The translations under genes were made by a program, and so were the position numbers. From NCBI GenBank assembly GCA_964373815.1, contig CAYJWI010000004.1, positions 1 to 61,233 on the forward strand: a DNA stretch of 61,233 nucleotides, written 5' to 3'. The notes under the pieces are model-generated. The model was given only the letters and a program-made list of their open reading frames with translations. It ran no database searches and was not told the origin of the DNA. The first letter of the stretch is position 1. The number at the start of each line of letters is the position of its first letter. Source of the DNA: an uncultured archaeon (lineage in GTDB: Archaea; Iainarchaeota; Iainarchaeia; Iainarchaeales; Iainarchaeaceae). This document shows, piece by piece, positions 53,702 through 61,233 of this stretch.

Positions 53702-53795
53702 GCCAGGGCTTGGCTGCAAATTTATGCGCTTTCATTCCAGAGCCTGATTGATTCATTTAACTCTTTTTTTATTCCCTCCGCACATAAATATTGCC

Positions 53796-54218
53796 ATGAA
53801 AGAGAAGCACGGCGTCACCGGGGTAATTTTTTCAGAAAAGGACGGGAAGAGGCTTTTTCTCCTCCTGCACCGCGTGCTCAACTGGAAAGGCTGGGAGTTC
53901 TGCAAGGGCGGGATTGACGGCGACGAAAAACCCGAACAGGCAGTGCTGCGGGAAATAAGGGAAGAGGCAGGGCTTTCGCGCGTCTCGATTGTCTCAAGCC
54001 TTCCGCAAAAATTTTCCTGGACAGCGAAGGATATGAGATACATTTACACTCCCTTTATTGTAAGGGCGGATTTGGATGAGCCCGTGGTTCTCCAGACCGG
54101 AATTGTCGAGCACGATTCATTCAAATGGGCTCCCGAAGGGGAAGCCGAATCCCTCCTTTTCCACGAGGACAACAAAAGTATTTTCCGCGAAGCCCTCGCA
54201 CTTCTAAATCGCAGGTAA
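53796..54218 (+). CDS. NUDIX hydrolase
   Basis: ATG at 53796. The Nudix box is GGIDGDEKPEQAVLREIREEAGL. Confidence 0.8.
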   Translation: MKEKHGVTGVIFSEKDGKRLFLLLHRVLNWKGWEFCKGGIDGDEKPEQAVLREIREEAGLSRVSIVSSLPQKFSWTAKDMRYIYTPFIVRADLDEPVVLQTGIVEHDSFKWAPEGEAESLLFHEDNKSIFREALALLNRR

Positions 54219-54231
54219 TTGGTGGTCTTGG

Positions 54232-54504
54232 ATGCAGGAGCGGCTCGAAGCCACTGTTTCCGGCAATGTCCAGGGCGTGGGCTTTCGCGCCTTTGCCCTA
54301 ATCATGGCGCTCGAGCTCGGCCTTAAGGGCTATGTGAGGAATAACCCCGACAAGGGCGTAGAGGTTGTCGCTGAAGGCGAAAAGGAAAAGCTCTTGAAAT
54401 TTGTCTCCTCGCTCGAAAAAGGCCCACCGCTCTCAAGGGTGGATTCGCTGAAAAAAGGCTTTTCGCCGGCAGCGGGAGAGTTCAGGAATTTTTCAATAAT
54501 GTAG
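54232..54504 (+). CDS. acyP: acylphosphatase
   Basis: 90 aa. VSGNVQGVGFRAF and GYVRNNPDKGVEVVAEG are present. Confidence 0.85.
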   Translation: MQERLEATVSGNVQGVGFRAFALIMALELGLKGYVRNNPDKGVEVVAEGEKEKLLKFVSSLEKGPPLSRVDSLKKGFSPAAGEFRNFSIM

Positions 54505-54585
54505 CTGGCATCCATGTGCCGGCATCCAATAAAGTTTGCTATTTGAAAAAAGTTTTGCGGTTGGAAAAGTTTCTTTGCCGCGGGT

Positions 54586-55053
54586 TCATTCCTGCACTGT
54601 AAGCGTTGTTTCCTTGGAATGCCCGATGCCGTTGATTGTTGTCTTGGCGACAAAGACATATGTGCCCGGGAGTATTTTCCCAACAGGGTTTAGTATGAAA
54701 GTAACTTCCCTCGAAGTGCCTTGCGAGAGGTTTGGTATGCTGCCCGCAAACTTTTCATTGAGCGCATAGACGTCGAATTCGGTTTTCTCCTTCGCATGCA
54801 GCGAGAGCGGGACGTTTGCCGCGTCGTCTTTTGAAATGTTTGTGACATTTACGAATAGCTTGGTCTGCTCACCGACTTTTATCGGGTTCTTCTCGAACCT
54901 AAAAGCCAATGCAGAGGGCTTGAGGCTCTCGGATGCAAAATAAGCAACTGCGCCGACGAGCAGCAGCCCGACAATTGCGGCGGCGATGTAGATGGCATTC
55001 TTTCCCATGCCCTCACCGATGCTAAAATCAAGTCCTGAATCGTAAACTCCCAT
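54586..55053 (-). CDS. membrane-anchored extracellular protein with an Ig/CARDB-like beta domain (putative)
   Basis: 155 aa. An N-terminal TM anchor (AIYIAAAIVGLLLVGAVAYF) is followed by an all-beta-looking domain of about 110 aa. Confidence 0.5.
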   Translation of the reverse strand: MGVYDSGLDFSIGEGMGKNAIYIAAAIVGLLLVGAVAYFASESLKPSALAFRFEKNPIKVGEQTKLFVNVTNISKDDAANVPLSLHAKEKTEFDVYALNEKFAGSIPNLSQGTSREVTFILNPVGKILPGTYVFVAKTTINGIGHSKETTLTVQE

Positions 55054-55201
55054 GCAATCACTTCTCGTTCATTTCGGTTTTTTTATATCGGCTGGCATTT
55101 TTTATTTCAGCCAAGCCTTGAGGAATACTGCTTTCTTGTATTATATAATTTTATCCTTGAAAGATTGCCCATTCGGAAGTCTTTGTTTTTGCCAAGGGGC
55201 C

Positions 55202-55561
55202 TCAAGGCAGAACGAAGAGCTTGTCATCGCCCTTGCCGTCGAGAATGCCAAGCCTTACCCCCGCATCAAGCCACGCGTGTGCGTAACTGTATGCCGCGAG
55301 TGCAGTGAGGGGCTTTTCGGCCTGCTCGAAATACTGCGCGTCCATGAAATAGGATTCTGCCATCTCGAGGAGCTTTTTGCCCATGAGGTTTTTCTCCGAG
55401 CCTTTTTGGGAGTTGAGCTCTACCTTTTCGAGCGCGAGCCTTGTGAGCCCGCGGTACCTTTCCAATTTCGCGGAAAGCCCCTCTTCATTTACCCCGCTTT
55501 CTTCCGCTTCATTGAGGCTTGCGTTTTTTTCCAGATTTTTCCCGCTTTCCGTTTTTTTCAT
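55202..55561 (-). CDS. DUF357-family protein
   Basis: 119 aa. The C-terminal ESYFMDAQYFEQAEKPLTALAAYSYAHAWLDAGVRLGILD matches the archaeal DUF357 pattern as I remember it. The start overlaps the dphB stop. Confidence 0.6.
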   Translation of the reverse strand: MKKTESGKNLEKNASLNEAEESGVNEEGLSAKLERYRGLTRLALEKVELNSQKGSEKNLMGKKLLEMAESYFMDAQYFEQAEKPLTALAAYSYAHAWLDAGVRLGILDGKGDDKLFVLP

Positions 55562-56319
55562 TCGAGGCCCCCGATTCCCTTGAGGCCTTCGAGCTCCTTT
55601 TCATTGAGCTTGCCGCACACTATAAGTGACTGCGGGAAAGCAGTGAACCCGAATGCTTTGAGCTGTTCGGCTGTCCCTGCCTTAATCTGCTGCGAGTCCG
55701 AGCCAGCCCCCGCTATGCCGACCATTATGCTCTCGGAGAGCACGTTTTGTTCCCTTTTCTCCTCAATGGTTTCGAGGATTGAAAGCGCGTTCCTGATGCT
55801 CATCATGCGCTTCTCCTCCGCGCGGATGTCAAGAAGGCAGAGAGTATGCAGCCCTGTTTTCTTGTTCTCAATTATAGCATCATAGAAGCCTTCGGGCTCG
55901 TAGTCATCCTCCTGGAAAACTATGCTAGTGGTCCTGCCGAACTTGTACCTCTCAAGGCCGGTGAAGGCTACGAATTCGAGAGCGCTAATCCCCACGATTA
56001 CTTTTACTTCAACGCCGGCTTTTTTCGCGTCCAGAATAATCTGCAGGTGCGTGGTCGCATTTAGCGGGTTCCCGAAAACCGCAAGCGCGATTTTGCTGCT
56101 TTTCGCATCCTCAAGCACGGAAGCAAATCCTCCCTCCACCTCTTTCCTGCCAAGCCTTGTGACGGCTTTCCCAATCAAGTCCTCAAGGTTTTCAAAAGAG
56201 CCTTCGGAGTAGGAAGAAGTGTAATTTTCGAGGTAAACCCTATCGCAGCCTTTCAGGGTTTCGAGCGCTTCGAGGGTGAGATGGCCAGGCTTGAGCCCGA
56301 TGCCGACAACGCAGAGCAT
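55558..56319 (-). CDS. dphB: diphthine synthase
   Basis: 253 aa. It has the tetrapyrrole-methylase fold, with MLCVVGIGLKPGHLTLEALETLKGCDRVYLENYTS. Confidence 0.9.
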   Translation of the reverse strand: MLCVVGIGLKPGHLTLEALETLKGCDRVYLENYTSSYSEGSFENLEDLIGKAVTRLGRKEVEGGFASVLEDAKSSKIALAVFGNPLNATTHLQIILDAKKAGVEVKVIVGISALEFVAFTGLERYKFGRTTSIVFQEDDYEPEGFYDAIIENKKTGLHTLCLLDIRAEEKRMMSIRNALSILETIEEKREQNVLSESIMVGIAGAGSDSQQIKAGTAEQLKAFGFTAFPQSLIVCGKLNEKELEGLKGIGGLE

Positions 56320-56351
56320 GAATAGAGTTTGATTTGGAAGGTTTTAAAGGG

Positions 56352-57110
56352 TTACTTCATGTGCTTGCCTGTTTTTCGCCTTGGGCGTACCTTGAAGCGA
56401 ACGCCCCTTGGCCTTTGGTGCCTGAGGATGTTTTTCGAAAGCGTGTCAATTGAATGCGAAAGCGGCTTCAAATGCGGCAGCCTCGAGAGCACTGCCCTGA
56501 GCTCGCCGAGTTTTTCCCTGTTCAATCCACTGTCCTTCAGGAGGATGAACGCGGCCCTCTGGAATTTTGCGCTGATTTCCGGCGAGAGCGAGGCAAGCGT
56601 GGGCCCGCCCACGAGGCAAATGCTGTTCGCCAGGGTTTTTAGTTCACCGGTCGCCTCGGGGTTAAAGCCATAAAGTTTTTTTTGGGCAGCCAGCACAATT
56701 TCCTGCGGAACCACTTCAACGCTTTTTATTCCAGTAAGCTTTTCAGGCTCGCCCATGGGCCAGAGGTGCATTACACTGGAATCAACGGCAAGCGAAGAGC
56801 GTATCAGGCCTACAAACTCTTCAGCAACCCCCCTTTGCAGCCCTAATTTCATGCTTAATTCCATTCTGGCATTCCTGAGTTCCGCGAGGTAGGCATACTC
56901 CTCAATGGCTCCGCGCCTGATTGCCTGCATTAGCTGGGCTTGGCCTGTTTTCTCCACCATTGCCGCGGCTTCATGTATTTCATCCATCAGGGTGGAAACA
57001 ATCCTGTATTTCTTCATATCCGCGTTCCTTGGGGCAAGCTTCAGCCTCCTGGAAGAAGCGGTCGAAGTTCCCCTCAACCTTTCATTGAGCCTGTAGTTGG
57101 CCATTTGCAT
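56352..57110 (-). CDS. hypothetical protein with a strongly basic C-terminal tail
   Basis: 252-aa ORF, helical-looking, ending RHQRPRGVRFKVRPRRKTGKHMK. No motif was recognised. Confidence 0.55.
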   Translation of the reverse strand: MQMANYRLNERLRGTSTASSRRLKLAPRNADMKKYRIVSTLMDEIHEAAAMVEKTGQAQLMQAIRRGAIEEYAYLAELRNARMELSMKLGLQRGVAEEFVGLIRSSLAVDSSVMHLWPMGEPEKLTGIKSVEVVPQEIVLAAQKKLYGFNPEATGELKTLANSICLVGGPTLASLSPEISAKFQRAAFILLKDSGLNREKLGELRAVLSRLPHLKPLSHSIDTLSKNILRHQRPRGVRFKVRPRRKTGKHMK

Positions 57111-57251
57111 GGTGTATCCGCCAACCCCGAGCTCGCTGATAACCCCCCTTACCCTTGCAAGTATGCTTGCTACCCCTTTCCTTAGCTCTTGGGCGGAAGC
57201 CTGTCCTTTGCGGCATATGAAACAGATTGTCGCCGCATCTTTATAATCCTT

Positions 57252-58115
57252 TCAAGAACACGTGCCGACCCCGAGGGTGAGCAAATCCCGTCCGCCAGTT
57301 GAGAACCCGAGGATTATTATCGCAAGCTTCACAAACCCGCGGAAGTTCTCGTCCTTCACATCATGGTCCACAGCGTGGATTATCAAGAGCGCAAGAACCA
57401 CTTTCACGAGTATGAAGAGCAGTGGGTTCGCCCCAAGGATTGCGCCGCTAAGGGGGTGCTGCTCGCCGCACTTGAGGACGCTTGTGGCGACAAAAGTCGC
57501 GCTCGCATCAAGCGCCTGCCCCGCCACCACCAAGACACTCGCCTTGTCCGCAAAGAAATGCCTGTACTTGAGTTCCACTATTTTTTTGGTGGAAAAAGTT
57601 ATCGCCCCGACCATTGCAACCACGAGCCCGAAGTTCACCCATTCCCTGAAAATGCTGAATTCATAGACCAGTGCCGGAAGCGAGATGAGTATCCCGATTG
57701 CCAAAAAGGTTCTCTTGAAGCCTTCCTCGTTTTTCGAAAACTTTTTTGCGGCAATTAGCGCGAGGATTGTGATCGCCGCAGTCAAAAACCAAATTCCGGG
57801 GGTAAAAGTGTAGAAGCCGAATTTGAGCGGCGAGCAGGTCTTTGCGAATTCAAGAGAGATGCCTCCGATGCCGAGCACAAAGCCCAAATCATTCAGCACG
57901 CGCAGCGAGGAGCCGAAAAGCACGAAGCCGAGCGCCGCAACCATGAAATGGTAATCTATCGCCACGCCTTTTTTCTTGAGGAATGGGTAGATGACATATA
58001 CACAGAGGATGAAGAGCATGAGAGCGTAAACCGCGGTGTTGACGAGGTTGTACCCCTGCACCCCCGCTGTCACCGCCGGCTTGCAGAAATACTCGAAGAG
58101 AAAATCGGATGCCAT
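57252..58115 (-). CDS. DUF63-family integral membrane protein
   Basis: 287 aa, polytopic. The N-terminal FEYFCKPAVTAGVQGYNLVNTAVYA resembles archaeal DUF63 proteins as I remember them. Confidence 0.7.
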   Translation of the reverse strand: MASDFLFEYFCKPAVTAGVQGYNLVNTAVYALMLFILCVYVIYPFLKKKGVAIDYHFMVAALGFVLFGSSLRVLNDLGFVLGIGGISLEFAKTCSPLKFGFYTFTPGIWFLTAAITILALIAAKKFSKNEEGFKRTFLAIGILISLPALVYEFSIFREWVNFGLVVAMVGAITFSTKKIVELKYRHFFADKASVLVVAGQALDASATFVATSVLKCGEQHPLSGAILGANPLLFILVKVVLALLIIHAVDHDVKDENFRGFVKLAIIILGFSTGGRDLLTLGVGTCS

Positions 58116-58148
58116 TGCTTTATATTCCCTCCAAGTTTATTTAATTTT

Positions 58149-59204
58149 ATGGGAAAAACGGGAATCGAGGTAGATGGTGCAAGCGCGCAGGGAGTGCACG
58201 GATTCCTGCTCCGCAAAGGCCTTCTAGACAGGGAATCGCGGGTGATGCGCGGAAAGGGCAAGGTCATTTTTCCTTGCCGTATCGGCAAAAAGGATTTTGC
58301 GTCAATGAAAAAACTTGCGGCTTCGGCAAAGCTCGTATCCCGCAACTTCGAAGCCCGCGAAAGCAGGCCCAAAAACCTCAAGGAAGCGCTCGAAGGGAAA
58401 TTGTCCAAGGGCAAGCTAAAGCAGCTTCCGCGTGCATTCGACCTTCTTGGGGATGTTGCTATAATCGAGATTCCAAAGAAGCTCGAGGGCGTTGAGAAGG
58501 AAATAGGCAAGGCGCTCATGCAGGTGAATAATTCTGTTGAATCAGTTTTCGCGAAAACCGGCGCGCACGAGGGGGTTTTCAGGAATGAGCCGGTAAAGCT
58601 CATCGCCGGGAAGAAAAAGGAATTCGCGGCTTACAGGGAGCAGGGCTGCACTTTTCGCATAAGTCTTGGAAAGGTTTTTTTTTCGCCGAGGCTTTCGCAG
58701 GAGAGGCAAAGGATTTCCGGCCTCATAACGGGGGGGGATAAGGTCGCCGCGCTTTTCGCAGGCGTTGGACCCTTCCCAATAGTGTTCGCGAAAAACTCGC
58801 CGATGCAAAGCGCGGTTGCGATAGAGCTAAACCCCCAAGCGGTAGAGGACATGAGGCATAACATCATTGCAAACAAGGTGGAAGGCAAAGTCGAGGCGGT
58901 GCTGGGCGATGTGAAAGAGCTTTCGCACAAATATGCGGGGCAGTTTGGCCGCGCGGTGATGCCCCTGCCGAAAGGCGGGGAAAACTTTCTCGAAGATGCA
59001 ATCCGCTATATCAGGCCAGAAGGCGGGGTTGTGCATTACTACCAATTCGTTTCCAGAAAATCGCCCTTCACGGTCCCACTCGCCCAGATAAAAAAAGCCT
59101 GCGCGGACGCAGGAAGGGGATTCAAAATCCTTTTGAAGAAAAAGGTGAGGGATTATTCCGCCGGCACAATCCAGGTGGTGGTCGATTTTAGGGTTTGGAA
59201 CTAG
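58149..59204 (+). CDS. trm5: tRNA (guanine37-N1)-methyltransferase Trm5 / Taw2-type class I methyltransferase
   Basis: ATG at 58149. FDLLGDVAIIEIP, FSPRLSQERQRI, FAGVGPFPI and MPLP are present. Confidence 0.8.
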   Translation: MGKTGIEVDGASAQGVHGFLLRKGLLDRESRVMRGKGKVIFPCRIGKKDFASMKKLAASAKLVSRNFEARESRPKNLKEALEGKLSKGKLKQLPRAFDLLGDVAIIEIPKKLEGVEKEIGKALMQVNNSVESVFAKTGAHEGVFRNEPVKLIAGKKKEFAAYREQGCTFRISLGKVFFSPRLSQERQRISGLITGGDKVAALFAGVGPFPIVFAKNSPMQSAVAIELNPQAVEDMRHNIIANKVEGKVEAVLGDVKELSHKYAGQFGRAVMPLPKGGENFLEDAIRYIRPEGGVVHYYQFVSRKSPFTVPLAQIKKACADAGRGFKILLKKKVRDYSAGTIQVVVDFRVWN

Positions 59205-59306
59205 AGTTTGGGGCAAGATAGTGCTGTGGGATTTTGTGGTTTTGGCGGGTTTAGCGTAGCATTATTAAGTGTTTTTTCCCCTCTTTGTCTTTGGAAAGGT
59301 TTTGCT

Positions 59307-59960
59307 ATGAACTTGGTTCTTTTGGGCCCCCCGGGGACAGGAAAAGGCACTATTGCAAAGTTCATAGAGATAAGGTTCGGCTGTGTGCACGTCTCGACTG
59401 GCGCTCTTCTGCGCGACGAGGTCGCGAACAAGACCTCGCTCGGGAATGAAATCGAGCCGCTTCTCCATGAAGGGAAATTCGTCGCTGACGATGTTGTGCA
59501 CAAGATACTGAAAAAAAGGCTTTTGTCCGTGAAGGGCAAGAGCTTTGTGCTCGACGGCTATCCGCGCAACATAAGCCAGGGAAAGGACCTCGACGCGCTC
59601 CTCGCCGAACTCGGGATCGGGCTTGACATGGTGCTCGAAATCGACTCCGACCGCGGCCTCATAGTGAAAAGGCTTTCAGCGCGCAGGCAGTGTGTTTCAT
59701 GCAAGAGGATTTACGGCCTCGACGTGCCATCGAAAAAGGAAGGGGTGTGCGACGAGTGCGGCTCTGAAACAATCCTGCGGTCTGACGATGCCACTGAGGT
59801 CGTGAAAAGCAGGCTCTACCTCTACGACCAGATAACAAAGCCGCTCAGCGACTTTTATGAAAAGAAAAGCCTGCTGCGCAAAATAGACGGCAACCGCTCG
59901 CTGCAGGAAATATTTGCAGAAGTCGAGAAGATGCTCTTGAAATTCGAAAAGGCTGGTTGA
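59307..59960 (+). CDS. adk: adenylate kinase (long form with a Cys4 zinc lid)
   Basis: ATG at 59307. The P-loop is LLGPPGTGKGT, DGYPRN is present, and the lid is CVSCKRIY...CDECG. Confidence 0.9.
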   Translation: MNLVLLGPPGTGKGTIAKFIEIRFGCVHVSTGALLRDEVANKTSLGNEIEPLLHEGKFVADDVVHKILKKRLLSVKGKSFVLDGYPRNISQGKDLDALLAELGIGLDMVLEIDSDRGLIVKRLSARRQCVSCKRIYGLDVPSKKEGVCDECGSETILRSDDATEVVKSRLYLYDQITKPLSDFYEKKSLLRKIDGNRSLQEIFAEVEKMLLKFEKAG

Positions 59961-60869
59961 ATGGTTGAAGTTGTAATAGTAGGCTCTGTCGCGCTGGATG
60001 ATGTGAAGACACCGTTCGGCGAAGTGAAAAATGCTCTCGGCGGCTCAGCCACTTACGCATCCATAGCCTGCTCGCTTTTCTCAAAGCCGGGGATTGTGGG
60101 CGTTGTCGGGAAGGATTTTCCGCACAAGTACATCGAGCTTCTCGAATCCAAAAAAATCGACCTGCAGGGGCTCGAAGTTGACCGGAAAGGCAAGACCTTC
60201 AGGTGGAAAGGGGAATACGGCCTCGACCTAAACACGGCAAAGACAATCAAAACAGAACTCAATGCTTTCCAGTCATTTTCCCCGAAGCTTCCGGAAGCTT
60301 ACAGGAAGGCTGATTTCCTTTTCCTTGGGAACATTGGCCCGGAGCTGCAGCTCTCGGTCCTTGCGCAGATGGAAAAGAGGCCGAAGCTGGTTGTTGCCGA
60401 CACAATGAACCTCTGGATTGAAACAAAAAGGCAGAAAGTCCTCGAAGTGGTGGAGGAAGTCGACCTCTGCCTGATGAATGATGCGGAGGCGAGGCAGCTT
60501 TTCAGGACAAGCAGCATTGTCAAGGCTGCGAGGGAAATACTCCGCCTTGATTCGGAGAGCGCGATAATAAAGAAGGGCGAGCACGGCTGCGTGCTTTTCA
60601 CCAAAGATTCTTATTTTTCCTGCCCGGGCTATCCGCTCGAGAACGTAAAAGACCCTACAGGCTCTGGCGATGCGTTCGGCGGAAGCCTTATAGGCTATCT
60701 TGCAAAGACGCGCGATTTTTCCCACGCGAACATGCGCAAGGCGGTTGTCTATGCTTCCTCCACAGCTTCATTCAACGCGGAAGGCTTTTCGGTAGAGAGG
60801 CTCAAGTCCGTTGCATTGAAGGATGTGCAGCAGAGATATTCCGAATTCGCAGGGTTCGTGAAGTTTTAA
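59961..60869 (+). CDS. PfkB-family carbohydrate/nucleoside kinase
   Basis: 302 aa. N-terminal GGSATYAS and C-terminal DPTGSGDAFGG (PfkB signature 2) are present. Confidence 0.85.
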   Translation: MVEVVIVGSVALDDVKTPFGEVKNALGGSATYASIACSLFSKPGIVGVVGKDFPHKYIELLESKKIDLQGLEVDRKGKTFRWKGEYGLDLNTAKTIKTELNAFQSFSPKLPEAYRKADFLFLGNIGPELQLSVLAQMEKRPKLVVADTMNLWIETKRQKVLEVVEEVDLCLMNDAEARQLFRTSSIVKAAREILRLDSESAIIKKGEHGCVLFTKDSYFSCPGYPLENVKDPTGSGDAFGGSLIGYLAKTRDFSHANMRKAVVYASSTASFNAEGFSVERLKSVALKDVQQRYSEFAGFVKF

Positions 60870-60900
60870 AACAATCGGCTGATAATTATTTACGTTTATT

Positions 60901-61224
60901 ATGGCTCTAAAAACTTCCAAAGATGCCCCCCTAAGGGTTTGCCAGAGGTGCGGCTCCGAGCAGGTGGTTTTTAGGAGATGGGCCGAGCCTTCGGAGCAGG
61001 CAGTTTGCGGGAACTGCGGCTACCGGGGGCCTGCTGTCAATGCTTCGCCTGAAAAACAGAAAAAAATAGGCGAGGAGTTCTCGAGGAAAAGCTTCGCGGC
61101 AGAATCGAAGTTTGAGGGAAAAAACCTCGAGCGGACGGTTGAGAGGTCGGTTGCGCTGATTGCCCTGCTCGCCATGATGTTCCTGCTCATAACAGCACTG
61201 GTAATATCGTTCCTGAGCACTTGA
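60901..61224 (+). CDS. zinc-ribbon protein with a C-terminal TM anchor
   Basis: 107 aa. CQRCGS...CGNCGY forms a Cys4 ribbon. The C-terminal segment VALIALLAMMFLLITALVISFL is hydrophobic. Confidence 0.5.
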   Translation: MALKTSKDAPLRVCQRCGSEQVVFRRWAEPSEQAVCGNCGYRGPAVNASPEKQKKIGEEFSRKSFAAESKFEGKNLERTVERSVALIALLAMMFLLITALVISFLST

Positions 61225-61233
61225 TTTTTAGGC

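Noticed and set aside
55052-55885. A 277-aa + strand ORF spanning the intergenic region, DUF357 and part of dphB.
   Set aside because: It is antisense to two minus-strand genes with recognisable family patterns and a coupled stop/start. No motifs are present.
57252-57254. The idea that TGA is reassigned (a sense codon) in this genome, prompted by the in-frame spacer after DUF63.
   Set aside because: TGA clearly terminates conserved genes at their expected C-termini elsewhere in the window (pdxS 13470-13472, the pdxS-pdxT insert 13985-13987, enolase-type lengths). MsrB uses Cys, not Sec, at the catalytic RYCINS site. Global recoding is therefore unsupported.
1-61233. A search by eye for CRISPR arrays, rRNA genes, IS elements, transposases, integrases and long inverted or direct repeats.
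   Set aside because: None were found. The only repeats seen are the in-frame Met-rich repeats (15431-15568), the 32-nt and 25-nt duplications at 21079-21434, and trivial short A-rich repeats (for example AAAAAAGATT x2 near 4464-4493).

Overview
This is a densely coded chromosomal window of about 70 genes from an archaeon. Archaeal hallmarks read from the sequence are a tRNA with a bulge-helix-bulge intron, NucS/EndoMS, diphthine synthase, archaeal-type NMN adenylyltransferase, a Trm5/Taw2-type methyltransferase, DUF63 and DUF357 proteins, and A/T-rich TATA-like boxes about 25 nt upstream of several start codons. I cannot assign a lineage without a database search.

The content is overwhelmingly housekeeping:
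- pyrG, prs and eno.
- NAD genes nadA, nadM and nadC.
- PLP synthase pdxS and pdxT.
- An extracytoplasmic thiol-disulfide module: wHTH regulator, small membrane protein, Trx lipoprotein, CcdA, and a DipZ-C-like redoxin.
- tldD/pmbA, msrB and a DHH phosphoesterase.
- A bacterial-type uvrB-uvrA-uvrC operon.
- A very large folate-dependent purine/C1 cluster: purQ, purL, tandem purS, purF, purD, 5-formyl-THF cyclo-ligase, purH, purN, folD, glyA, purA, purC, purB, purM.
- cutA, a four-subunit pyruvate:ferredoxin oxidoreductase, a NUDIX hydrolase and an acylphosphatase.
- dphB, trm5, adk and a PfkB kinase.

I recognised no CRISPR array, rRNA, transposase or integrase. I found no clear-cut novel multi-gene system.

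The items most worth a second look are:
1. A tRNA-Pro(CGG) split by a 176-nt, highly structured intron.
2. An A/T-rich ORFan translationally coupled on both sides between pdxS and pdxT.
3. pdxS, whose conserved N-terminus lacks any ATG/GTG/TTG start but has a perfect Shine-Dalgarno (SD) sequence plus an in-frame CTG.
4. A split-DipZ redox module whose lipoprotein carries a Met-rich tandem repeat.
5. An untracked 59-aa gene with a duplicated promoter and a duplicated 3' end, upstream of tldD/pmbA.
6. A tandem-fused PurS.
7. hicB with an internally deleted hicA, plus neighbouring ORFans inside the purine cluster.
8. A small tRNA-adjacent islet: a triple-HTH protein, a 30-aa zinc-ribbon ORF and a frameshifted gene.

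All family assignments come from motif recognition by eye. No searches were run.
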